From IMG/VR virus record IMGVR_UViG_3300022562_000870, positions 68,184 through 100,960 of that record: 32,777 nt of DNA. One strand, written 5' to 3'. This stretch comes from a virus. Taxonomy: Duplodnaviria > Heunggongvirae > Uroviricota > Caudoviricetes. The position numbers were made by a program, and so were the translations under genes. The notes beneath the pieces are model-generated. The model was not told the origin of the DNA. It saw only the letters and a program-made list of their open reading frames with translations, and did not search any database. Shown one piece after another: positions 21,975 through 32,500 of this stretch (its first letter is position 1; each line of letters begins with the position of its first letter).

Positions 21975-22868
21975 TTATTCAGCAGATGCTTTTTTGCGAT
22001 TACGGATGATATCAAGAATATCATCAGACTTTTCTTCAAATTCTGATGCTTCAACAGTTGTATTTGTTGCCACTGTATCGACTTCATCATCCATTACCAC
22101 TGTATTGCTTGCTGCTGATGCTGGTGCACCGCCGCCTGCTCCGCTATCACCATCTTCATATGCAGCGCCTGTTAATGCAGCTTCTAACATTAATTCTACT
22201 TTTTCCAATCCTGGATTTGCAGGCAATAATGAAGAAAGTATTACCATTTCATCTTCCACTAAAGCGATTTCATCTTCAGTTAAATCAGAAGAACGGCGTG
22301 CAAATTTAGAACCAACGTCATACTTAGGACGACCACCAACTTCGGTCTTCTTAATAACAAAGTCTGTGCCATTTTTAAACAAATATGGGATCTCATCAAG
22401 ATCACCGCTTTCAAACGCTTCTTTGATTACACTGTAAAGTTGGAAACCAAAGTTAAGAAAACGCACTTTACCTTCACTGTTTTCACCAGTTTCTTGATCG
22501 GGTGCAAGTGGATCTTCTACAATAAGTGCTTGAAGAATGTGTTGCTTTTTGCGCCAGTATTTTTTACCATTGGGACTTTCTTTACCTTCATCTTTGTAGT
22601 AAGCTGAAGAAACCTTACAAATTGGGCATTCTTCGTCGTACATTTTTAAGCAAGGTACTGAACGGGTTTCACCATTGATTTCCAACGTGTGCATCAATTT
22701 TTCAACCATAAAACCGAGTGGATTATTTCCATCTTTATCTGGTAAAAAACGTACAACGGCCTGTTCACCGGCTTTCATATCCCAAAAGCGGTAATAGTTA
22801 CTTGGGCGGGATTCTTGGGTGTCTTGTTTTTTGAATGCAGCGCGTAGCTGTTCCATTGAAAGTGTCAT
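21975..22868 (-). CDS. gp32-type single-stranded DNA-binding protein
   Basis: 'VVRFLP', His...'VPC......ECPIC' Zn site, 'G.DFVIKK..VGG..KYD..SKF', acidic C-terminal region; AAGGAG Shine-Dalgarno; adjacent to uvsX. Confidence 0.9.
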   Translation of the reverse strand: MTLSMEQLRAAFKKQDTQESRPSNYYRFWDMKAGEQAVVRFLPDKDGNNPLGFMVEKLMHTLEINGETRSVPCLKMYDEECPICKVSSAYYKDEGKESPNGKKYWRKKQHILQALIVEDPLAPDQETGENSEGKVRFLNFGFQLYSVIKEAFESGDLDEIPYLFKNGTDFVIKKTEVGGRPKYDVGSKFARRSSDLTEDEIALVEDEMVILSSLLPANPGLEKVELMLEAALTGAAYEDGDSGAGGGAPASAASNTVVMDDEVDTVATNTTVEASEFEEKSDDILDIIRNRKKASAE

Positions 22869-22922
22869 TTCACATCTCCTTCTTTTCTAATTATTGTTGT
22901 GTTTTCACTTCTTATTTTACTA

Positions 22923-22952
22923 ATGGGTTATTTTTCCATTGCCCATCAATGG
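22923..22952 (-). promoter_or_regulatory. H-type RNA pseudoknot in the SSB mRNA leader
   Basis: - strand reads CCATTG-ATGGG-CAATGG-AAAAATAA-CCCAT: S1 CCAUUG/CAAUGG, S2 AUGGG/CCCAU; followed by an A-rich unstructured leader to the start codon. Confidence 0.65.
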
Positions 22953-22956
22953 GGGG

Positions 22957-22985
22957 ACTATACTATAAAAAATAGTAATTGTCAA
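22957..22985 (-). promoter_or_regulatory. Sigma70 promoter TTGACA-N17-TATAGT (ssb-uvsX operon)
   Basis: Exact -35, 17-bp spacer, one mismatch in -10, C6 discriminator. Confidence 0.75.
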
Positions 22986-22988
22986 TAC

Positions 22989-22996
22989 TATTTATG
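22989..22996 (-). promoter_or_regulatory. T4-late-type box CATAAATA just upstream of the ssb sigma70 promoter
   Basis: Overlaps the LamG gene stop codon (GCA TAA ATA), 3 nt before the -35. Confidence 0.45.
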
Positions 22997-25900
22997 CGCC
23001 AGCATTGTAATTTGCCAAAATTTGAGCCGAGGATAATTGATATTTGTAAATGGTTAAAGAATCTATTAAGAAATCTCCCGTAGTAGAGGCACCTAAGTTA
23101 GGCGTATATGCCAAGGTACAAACTCTGCTTACACCTGAAGTTAATGCTGTAGTAGCGGTTCCTGTAGCGGTTTGCATTGCATCTTCAACACCATTTATGA
23201 ATATTTTAACGCTTTGCGATCCCAACCATTGGGCTACAACATGATATCTGGTTAGAGTGCTAAAATTTTGAATGGTTTCTTTACTATAGCGACCAGCATT
23301 ATCACCCCATGCTAAACCGCTACCATATCCAACTTGTAATTTACTCGTTCCTGTGCCATTTATCCAGAATCCACTATGTTCGGCTCCAACCGATAAACCA
23401 AGATCAACATGGGTTGTAAAAATACGACATGCAAAAGCGTATGGTATAAACCAAAATTCTACTGTTAATGGCCAAGTTAACGCTCCCAAATATCCCAAAT
23501 TAGCGTAATCGCCAGCGTTTCCATTAAAGTGGATAGCTCCATTTCGTCTAAATCTATTGTTTACTTGTCCAACAACACCGTCGATATTTACAGCTTCAAC
23601 AATGGTTCCATTAGAAACATTACCAATGTCTTCTACCAAAGTTTCGTTGTTAGTAACAATACCATCGTGATTCATTGACCAATGTGCGAATGGATTTAAA
23701 GATTTGACTTGTTCATAATATGGTTCATAATTTCCATTTCTCAACCATAGACTTCGAGCGACTTCTGCACGGCAAGGTGAATCGGATTGATAGATTGCTG
23801 CATAACCGAATTTTGCATCCAAATGATATCCGTTAGGTTCGGATATATTTGATGTATTGGTGCCCATGCCCGTATCAGCTGCATGGGCGGGGCTTAAATT
23901 AATGCTAGGTGTGCCAGCCGTAGAGATTGATGTTGATAATTCTACACCATTTAGATAAATGAAAACTGTGTTTATATCTTGAACAATTGCCACCGCATGG
24001 TAAATTCTACCAACGGTCAATGGTTCTGTAGTAATCCAACTCTTTCTATCTGTCATACCACCACCAGAACCAGCACCGACACGAAGGATAAGGTGTCCAT
24101 CGGCAGCGGCAGATAATAAACTAACGCCAGCATAATCTGTTCCATTATCGTGAGTGCACAATAAACCACCACCAAATGATGCGTCAATACTATCTAATTT
24201 AAACAATACTTCTAATATTAAACAATTATTTCCTGTTAATGCATTATATGTTAATGCAGATGCTGAAATTTCTGGACCAGTACCTACGGCAAAATCTGTA
24301 TTACCTGAATACTGTCCTGCTTCTTCGGGAACTAAACTTTCATTTCCTGGAGTTGCACCATTAAGATATGATAAATTATTACCATTACCCGAACTATCAA
24401 TTGCTGTTGTACCGCTTGTTTCATTCAATTTCCAAATTGCCAACGGTGTTATATTTGGCATATTTTGTTGTGTAGCAAAAAACCCATTATATGTAATAGT
24501 TCTTGAACCTTCAATATAATGGTTAAAAATATCTTGTTCAGTTAATACCGTGTTATAGATTGCAACATCTTGAACCTTACTATTATAATAAGTAGGACCA
24601 CCATAATTCCATTTAGAAATATTCCATCCACCTGTTGCGCCTCTAAGAGTAGAATTAACACCTGATGTTAGTTCGGCGATTTGTGTACCATTTAAGAATA
24701 GTTTCATTCCTACACCTTGTTCAAAAGTTCCAACAATATGCATAGGTTCGCCGATTGTAAATAAAGTAAGATCTGTTATACTACAATTATGAGCGATCAG
24801 ACCACCACTAGTTGTAACAACTTGGAAAGCAATGTAACCGACATCGGGAGCCGCTATCATATAAATATCCCAATCATCTGAACCACCACCGTCACGACGG
24901 ATAAACAACCTATCCGTTGCTGTAGCAGCTTGTGGAACATACCACGCTTCAAGAGTAACATCATCAGCAGTTCCTACAATTGCATTTGGACAATTTGCAT
25001 ATTGTGATGATGCGGCTGTAGTTTGAAATGAACGGCCTGGATGAATACCGCCATGTAATGCGGTATTTCCTAGTGTTGGTGTATTATATAAATCAAAATC
25101 ATTCCCTGTACCAGAATAGTCATACAAAACAGTGCCTGTTGTTTCAATACAGCGAATGAAAGCTAAAGGACTATTTTTTATAATTTCCGTTTCATAACTT
25201 TCTGGCGACTTATTACCACGCAATCCTTCAATATAATGTTTTTGCAATCTTTTTAGTGGTACTTCATAATTATAAAGCGCGATTTCACCCATTACACCAC
25301 CAAAAGAATTATCTAAAGCGTACCAATTAGCTAAAAATAATCTATCGGCTGTTGAACCTGTATATGTTTCCGATGATGTGTCTTCTTTAATAATAACACC
25401 ATTCAAAATAAATCGTCTTGTCGCATTTACTTCTTGATAAACAAGATGAAAAATTTCTCCAGGAAGAAGACTACCAGCCAATGTGGTGTCGAACGTACTG
25501 CCAGCTGGAAGATCTTTATCAAATCTGAATTCTAAGTTTGCTGTATTTCTCGTATTAAGTAAAATATTATTATTATTGACAGTGCCCAAACTTTGGTTTA
25601 CCATATAACCACCATCTGAACCAATATGATATGTCATTGCCCACAATTCTATAGTGTAAACATCTATATCGCCTCCACCGAGTGGGGCTGAATTGACAAA
25701 AATATAGTTACCACCATTAAAATATCCATTGATATCTGTACTTTTACTTAATAGGTCACCGACTAGTGATTTTTGACTTGGAATAAGATTACCAAAAGCT
25801 TCACCATCATAATTTCCTATCGTATCAAATATAGCTATGCCTTCACTATAATGGTCTAATATTTCTGTGGCTGTTAATTCCGATTCATAAACGGCTACGT

Positions 25901-28900
25901 GATCGATCCTTCCGTTTGCATAATACTCTGTTCCTGCTGTAGCCGAAGTATCACGCGATCCAATAGTTATTACACCTGATGTAGTTGACAATGATAATGA
26001 TGTTCCAGCATCATTAGTTGTTGAATAAGCAATACCATTTACATATACTGTACATGTTGTATTATTTGGAAATACAGCCACAACATGATATTTTTTTCCT
26101 GTTGTTATAATACTAGGATCTGTTATATAACCCCTGTAATTAGTTGAACCTAAACCAGTTCCATCACCGTATAATGCTCTTATGGCACCGTTATTGTTTA
26201 TCGATAGTGTAAATCCTTTATATGTTGTATCGAGAACTTCATGGGTAACGACGACAGGAAATGTGGTGTTTGTAAATGAATCTATATGAACCCACCCTTC
26301 TAAAGTGACAGGAAAGGTCATCGTGCCAATGTATGGACCAACAACTTTCGCACCATTGCCCTGAGAAGCGCTATTAAATTGTATAGAATTTTTCCCATCA
26401 ATAACTAAAGGTACTGCGGATAGAGCATATGAACCAGTACCAGAAGTAGAAATAGTTCCATTGTAACTATTACCTGAACTATCTACAATAGTTGTTCCCG
26501 ATGAGTCTTGCATTTTGTAATAAACTGTCGGTGTTTTTGATAAAACTTTTGAAGCATAGTCTTTTTGTTCATTCAATCTCCAATAAGCTATTGGACTATC
26601 ACCGACAACTTCCGCTTGATATGATGATAATGATACATCACCCAAAATACCTAATTGATAATGTTCATCTATATCTGCTTCTGTTAATATAGTATTATAA
26701 ATTGCAACTTCGTCATAATATCCAACACCGGTGAACGTACCCCACCATCCAACTTTAACAGTACCAAGACCCGTGGCCATACTTAAACCTGTTCCAGTTA
26801 CATCTAATAAAGGAATTTTAGCACCATTTATATAAAATGATACGGTATTAAAATCTTCTAAAACGATAACAATATGATATAATTTGCCAACTTCTGGATA
26901 AAATTTATATGCTGCATTAGGTTTATAAAATCTTACATCAGAAGAAAGCTGGCCGCTACCATCACCGATGGCTAAATTTAAGTTATTAGAAGTAGTACTA
27001 TAAGATAATGCGGCACCTGCATAATTTGAACTATCTGCATGTGTTGCTAATAAACCAATTTGTGAATTAGATAAATCCGTTGGTTCCCACCACAATTCTA
27101 ATGTAATAGGAAATGATATTGAACCCAAACTTGGACCGTTGATAACTGCATCATCTGTTGTTGCGGTACTATCAAATAATAAACTGTTTACTTCACCTGC
27201 TAATAATGATGTTTGATTTGCACTCCGACGACCATACATGGAACCGTCATTGTTGTTTCCAGATGAATCTATAATTGTTCCACCATCGTCATTCATTCTC
27301 CAATAACCCAATGGTGATTTTCCTAAAATTAAAGCTTCATATCCGCCAGCATTATCACCAGCATTATAATTTGCAAGAATACTTGCACCCGATAATGCAG
27401 AATTATAAATGGCGACTTCATCAAGAGTTCCTGAAAGATTAGCACCGAGTTGTAAATAACCAATGGATGTATTTAACGTAGATCCAGTTCCAAAATATGT
27501 TATAGCCTGCGAAACTCCATTTAAATAAATGGCAACTGTTGTAGAGTTTGTAAATACTGCTGCAACATGATATTTTGTTGCGGCGGATATAACATTTGAT
27601 GTTGTATATGCGCCATATCTATTAGAAGCCGCAAATCCAACACCATCACCATAGATAGCGATAAGTTTTCCGACCGAATCTACATAAAAATTGAATCCAC
27701 CAAAAGCAGTGGAAATCTGGTGGGTATTTAAAATTTCTTGGTTTATACCAATAGCATCGAGTTTAAACCAACCTTCAATCGTTACAGGAAAATTTAAACC
27801 ACTAAAAACGTTTGTATTACCTGGAGATACTAATGGAAATCCATAGCCCGTAAGACCCAATCCAGTATTTGATGTATCAGTATTAAGTAAACTTGCCTTT
27901 TTAAATGATATTGTACTATAATCATCCGATACTAAATTATATCCATTTCCTGAACTATCGACAAATAATGGTTCACTTATGTTATCCATCTTATAATAAA
28001 CAAGCGGTGAGTGTTTTATAACAGCGGCTGTATAGGCCGAATCTGGATCTTTACCCAAATTCCAATGCTGTGTGATTTGGCCAGTTGTTAATGTTGAATT
28101 GTAAATAGCAAAATCATCAATAGTTCCAGAATAATTATCATTTGCACCGTCTGAACCTAAACGACCAATATATGATATTTTTTCATCTATACTTGTCGTA
28201 TCTATTGTGAATGCTGTTGCCAAACTTGATGCAAGAACTCCATCAATATATAATTCTAATTTATTAGATGCATTAGGATCATATATTGCAACAATGTAAT
28301 GTTTTTCTTTTGATATAGTTGCGGTAACTTGTCTCCATGTTGTCGTATCTGAATCCCGTACACCAAAGTAAAGCGTATCATCAATAATATGCAGAGAAAC
28401 GTTATCGTTTGATCCCGAACCCCAACGGGTAAATATAGGTCGTGTTGCTCCAGTATTTGTATGATCGGGCAATACCCAGCATTCTATTGAAAATACATCT
28501 GTATAATTAAAATATCTACCAAGATTTAAATATTTTTTTGTTCCATCAAAATCAATAGAAAACTCTAAAGGATCGGAAGTTATTAAACCTGTTGCACCGC
28601 CCGGGACTTTAAATTTATTACCATCATAATTATTTAAAACATCTTCAATATCACCGCTAATACCCAGTCTATAATGTTCATAAACTTGTGATGCGCTTAA
28701 GGCGACATTATAAATTGCAGCTTCCTGCATATCCCCACCGCTGCCTCTAGAACCACCAACTGCACCGCTTGTGTTTGCATTTGCAACAGTATAATTTCCT
28801 GAAGAAGTATCAACAGGCCCTTGTGTACCATCAATAAGATCTATTGTTTGTTCAATACCATTTATATAAATTCTAACATCTGTTTGTGAATGAAATACGG

Positions 28901-29507
28901 CCACAATATGATATGTTACTCCAGCTTGAAATGCAAAGGAAGACAAATGAAATCTTCGACTAGTACCCGTGCCGAAACCAGAGCCGCCAAGACCATAAAT
29001 TGCCCACAATTCATCACCACTGGCGATTTTTATTAAATAAAATCCTTTATAGGCGATGTTCTGATCGCTGTGTGTTCCTATCAAATTTGTACCAGTACCC
29101 ATCTGATCCCAATTTTGCCAACATTCTAGCGTTACTGGAAAATCGAGAGTTCCCAAACTTGTACCAAGAACTTTATCTGCATCTGCTTCACCCATATTAA
29201 TACAACTATCACCGTTTGTATTTTTTACTATGGGATCTTGATTAAGTGTATATCCACCTTGGTATGTTCCATTGTTGGCATTACCTGATAAATCTGTAGC
29301 AGTTGTTCCTGTTTTTTCATTTAGTGGTAGATAAACCAACGGACCATCAGCAAGAACCTGTGTTCTATATTTGTTATAATTTTCAAATTTATAATATAAT
29401 TTTGGGTTCGCGGACAACACTGCTGCATCATATGTACCTACAGCAGAATTTTGGATTTCATTTCCCAACTCGTATCTTTCTCTTATATCATTCTTTGTAA
29501 TTGTCAT
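22992..29507 (-). CDS. Giant LamG/concanavalin-A-like repeat protein (2171 aa, ~9 domains, two nested), probable virion fibre/adhesin
   Basis: Repeated 'Y...V....P..YY(K/R)(L/M).E..GT...DSSGN..NG', 'T(L/I)E.W', 'HIV..', 'G.IDEVAIY...L....I..HY' units typical of Laminin_G_3. Confidence 0.88.
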   Translation of the reverse strand: MTITKNDIRERYELGNEIQNSAVGTYDAAVLSANPKLYYKFENYNKYRTQVLADGPLVYLPLNEKTGTTATDLSGNANNGTYQGGYTLNQDPIVKNTNGDSCINMGEADADKVLGTSLGTLDFPVTLECWQNWDQMGTGTNLIGTHSDQNIAYKGFYLIKIASGDELWAIYGLGGSGFGTGTSRRFHLSSFAFQAGVTYHIVAVFHSQTDVRIYINGIEQTIDLIDGTQGPVDTSSGNYTVANANTSGAVGGSRGSGGDMQEAAIYNVALSASQVYEHYRLGISGDIEDVLNNYDGNKFKVPGGATGLITSDPLEFSIDFDGTKKYLNLGRYFNYTDVFSIECWVLPDHTNTGATRPIFTRWGSGSNDNVSLHIIDDTLYFGVRDSDTTTWRQVTATISKEKHYIVAIYDPNASNKLELYIDGVLASSLATAFTIDTTSIDEKISYIGRLGSDGANDNYSGTIDDFAIYNSTLTTGQITQHWNLGKDPDSAYTAAVIKHSPLVYYKMDNISEPLFVDSSGNGYNLVSDDYSTISFKKASLLNTDTSNTGLGLTGYGFPLVSPGNTNVFSGLNFPVTIEGWFKLDAIGINQEILNTHQISTAFGGFNFYVDSVGKLIAIYGDGVGFAASNRYGAYTTSNVISAATKYHVAAVFTNSTTVAIYLNGVSQAITYFGTGSTLNTSIGYLQLGANLSGTLDEVAIYNSALSGASILANYNAGDNAGGYEALILGKSPLGYWRMNDDGGTIIDSSGNNNDGSMYGRRSANQTSLLAGEVNSLLFDSTATTDDAVINGPSLGSISFPITLELWWEPTDLSNSQIGLLATHADSSNYAGAALSYSTTSNNLNLAIGDGSGQLSSDVRFYKPNAAYKFYPEVGKLYHIVIVLEDFNTVSFYINGAKIPLLDVTGTGLSMATGLGTVKVGWWGTFTGVGYYDEVAIYNTILTEADIDEHYQLGILGDVSLSSYQAEVVGDSPIAYWRLNEQKDYASKVLSKTPTVYYKMQDSSGTTIVDSSGNSYNGTISTSGTGSYALSAVPLVIDGKNSIQFNSASQGNGAKVVGPYIGTMTFPVTLEGWVHIDSFTNTTFPVVVTHEVLDTTYKGFTLSINNNGAIRALYGDGTGLGSTNYRGYITDPSIITTGKKYHVVAVFPNNTTCTVYVNGIAYSTTNDAGTSLSLSTTSGVITIGSRDTSATAGTEYYANGRIDHVAVYESELTATEILDHYSEGIAIFDTIGNYDGEAFGNLIPSQKSLVGDLLSKSTDINGYFNGGNYIFVNSAPLGGGDIDVYTIELWAMTYHIGSDGGYMVNQSLGTVNNNNILLNTRNTANLEFRFDKDLPAGSTFDTTLAGSLLPGEIFHLVYQEVNATRRFILNGVIIKEDTSSETYTGSTADRLFLANWYALDNSFGGVMGEIALYNYEVPLKRLQKHYIEGLRGNKSPESYETEIIKNSPLAFIRCIETTGTVLYDYSGTGNDFDLYNTPTLGNTALHGGIHPGRSFQTTAASSQYANCPNAIVGTADDVTLEAWYVPQAATATDRLFIRRDGGGSDDWDIYMIAAPDVGYIAFQVVTTSGGLIAHNCSITDLTLFTIGEPMHIVGTFEQGVGMKLFLNGTQIAELTSGVNSTLRGATGGWNISKWNYGGPTYYNSKVQDVAIYNTVLTEQDIFNHYIEGSRTITYNGFFATQQNMPNITPLAIWKLNETSGTTAIDSSGNGNNLSYLNGATPGNESLVPEEAGQYSGNTDFAVGTGPEISASALTYNALTGNNCLILEVLFKLDSIDASFGGGLLCTHDNGTDYAGVSLLSAAADGHLILRVGAGSGGGMTDRKSWITTEPLTVGRIYHAVAIVQDINTVFIYLNGVELSTSISTAGTPSINLSPAHAADTGMGTNTSNISEPNGYHLDAKFGYAAIYQSDSPCRAEVARSLWLRNGNYEPYYEQVKSLNPFAHWSMNHDGIVTNNETLVEDIGNVSNGTIVEAVNIDGVVGQVNNRFRRNGAIHFNGNAGDYANLGYLGALTWPLTVEFWFIPYAFACRIFTTHVDLGLSVGAEHSGFWINGTGTSKLQVGYGSGLAWGDNAGRYSKETIQNFSTLTRYHVVAQWLGSQSVKIFINGVEDAMQTATGTATTALTSGVSRVCTLAYTPNLGASTTGDFLIDSLTIYKYQLSSAQILANYNAGA

Positions 29508-29510
29508 ATC

Positions 29511-32500
29511 TTAACCTATATAAACTGCTACTTCATCAACTTTACCTTTTAATGGTGTAGTTTCAGTGCCTACATTTGCTATAAGAGTTGTATTTGGTAC
29601 TACTGTTGTATCTTTTGTAAAGGAATCCCACGAATCTAAAACACCGTTAATCCAAATTTCTCTTCTTGTACTAGAATATATATGTTTTAATACTATATGA
29701 TATGGTGTACCAAGTATTAAATTAGTATTAGAATCTATAAATTGAAGGGAAACCCCATCGTAAACATCAAATCTAATTTTGCCAAGTTCGGCAGGAACTC
29801 CAGTATTTGCAAGAATTCCTAAATACAATGAACCCAAAACCGCAAAATCTTCTTCTCTGTAAATAACGTTGACACCAGAACCCATATAAAAACTGTCTAA
29901 TTGTATCCATGCCTCAATCGTAAAATCGCCATTATATGTACCACCTAATGCCGTATATATAATAGGTTTATTGACTTTAACATAACCGTTCGTTCCTACT
30001 GAATTAAATAGTGCAGCACCGTCTGTATTGCCTACAACTATATCGGTTTGATTTAATATATAATCGCCATTATATGTACCATGATAACCATTACCAGAAC
30101 TATCGTAGGCAATAGTTCCACTATCTTCACCCAATCTATAATAAGCTTTTGGAAGGTCTGGTGTTACATTCGCTTTATATACATCTGCAACACTTACGGT
30201 AATTGTATTAGAATCTATTGCCGTACTCAAAAGCGTATCTGTACTCTTTGCTTCTGTAGTTATCGTTCCAGCAGGCAACTGGTTTCGACTTGTCCATCTA
30301 TCTCTAGCACCTAATAGATAATTAATTTCAATCTGTTCTTTTGTTAAAGCAGATTCATAAACTGCTGCATGTCCATAATAACCTTTACCAAAATAAATAT
30401 TACCGGATTCCTGTTTTCCTACAGTCATTGTACCACTTGATGTATTAACAGTTGTGGCTGTTCCTACAGCAGCGGAGATTAATCTTTCTATACCATTAAT
30501 AAATATTCTTGTCGTGTTAGCATCTACAAATACGACAACAAAATGATAAACTCTTCCTATTTCAGCAACAAGTGTCGTACGCCATAGTTTTGTATCTGTG
30601 CTTAATATTCCAGTACCATCACCCCAATATCCACAAAAAGTATTATCACCCCAATTATAATAGGCATTAAATCCTGAAATAAAATTCTCAACAAAATGAG
30701 TTCCTATAAATGTTGTTAATTGTGGAGAACGTGCTGTTGGTTGCCACCACGTTTCTAAAGTTATAGGGAATGTCATAGATCCTAAGTATGGTCCTACCAC
30801 ACTTGCATCGGAATCGAATGCTGGTGAATTTAGTAAAATGTTTTTATTATTAGTAACATTTTTAACGATACCATCTTCATTTAATGTATATGTTCCTGAA
30901 ATAGTTGCATTATAAGAATTTCCAGAACTATCAGCAATAGATGTACCAGAAGTTTCATCTAACTTATAATAAACTTTAGGAGTTAAAGAAAGCACATTAG
31001 TTTCATAATCTTCAGCTAAATCATAATCCATCATACCGCGATAAAAGTTTTCAAGAACCTGCTCTTGTGTCAGTGCAGCTTCATAAATTGCAGCATGTCC
31101 ATAATAACCCTTACCATACCATGTATTACCAGAAGAGCCACTTGAATCAAAAATACCAACTCCCATATTACCACCATCAAGATGCGCTGTTGTTAACGAT
31201 CCAATAACAGTATCTGCAACTAAATGTTGACCATTAACATATAGAGTAACGGTATCTAAACTTTCAACAACTGCAACAAAATGATAAAATTTTCCAACTT
31301 CATACGGTGCTTTAGATATAGATGTTGCACCATGTATCTTATAGTTTGTTGAATTAATAACACCTAAGTTCCCACCGATCAGAAGAGCGATGTTTCCTGT
31401 ATAGTAAGCATATAATGATATACCATTATAATCGTTCTCAATAAAATGAGTAGACATTATTGGTAATGTAGTAATAGGTGTGCCGGATAAATCGTTAGGT
31501 GACCACCAACATTCTAAAGTTAACGGAAATGTTCTTGGACCCAACGCAGGTCCTTGAATAAGAGCAACAGAGCCAGTCGCTGGAGAATTTAATAATATTG
31601 AACCGCCATCACCGTTTTGAACAATTTTAGGTTGATTTAAAGTATAGGTTCCGCTTATCGTGCCATTGCCACCATTTCCTGAATAATCAATAATAGTAGT
31701 TCCAGAAGTTTCATCTAATTTATAATAAACTAATGGATTTAGTTTATCTAATAAACTAACATCATATTTTCGATAAACGGTATTTAAGAGATTCGAAGTA
31801 TCATATAAAAATTCAACTTTATCCATCGTTCCTGCTAAAGGGGAAGTTGTTGCTTTAAAATTGATTATGTCTGCACTATCTGCAACGAAGCCAGATGGTG
31901 GGGTTTCTAATGTTATAGAAGCCGAAAGTGTAATATTATTAGCTGAAGATGTCGCCGGATTATCATTCTGATCAATAGCTTTCGCTGTTATTGCATAAGA
32001 ACCTATACTAAGTGAATTATTGAGAAGTTCCCATCGCGACTTTACACCCAATAAGTAATTTGTCGTAATTTGTTCTTCTGTTAGTTCTGATTCATATATA
32101 GCTGCACCATCAATATATCCATTTTGAAACTGATCAATAATATCCGATTGATTATATAAGGCAGCAACATAGAAATTTGATGCGCTGTTCCAATGAACCG
32201 CTGTTGTAACACCACTTGCAACTAGAACGTTATTTACATATAATTTTACATTATTAGATCCATCATGTTTTGCGACTAAATGGTGAGATTGTCCTGCTGT
32301 AATAATACTCGCGGCAGATACGATATATGTTAAAATCTCTCCTGCTGCATACCACCATAGTCTAATAGACCCATCGGTTATTGACATTATTCCAAATGTA
32401 TGTACATTTCCTGCCGTATTATCTTTAATCTGAATTACTGATCTATTTGCTGCAAGATCAACAGGATTAAACCACGCTTCTAATGTCCAAGCTGAAGAAG

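Noticed and set aside
854-30314. Many short or antisense ORFs in the track (e.g. 854-1072, 2271-2990, 3445-3945, 4120-4434, 5867-6313, 10138-10449, 21994-22437, 24154-24519, 30081-30314)
   Set aside because: They are shadows of well-supported genes or tRNAs on the other strand or frame, with no motifs or ribosome-binding sites.
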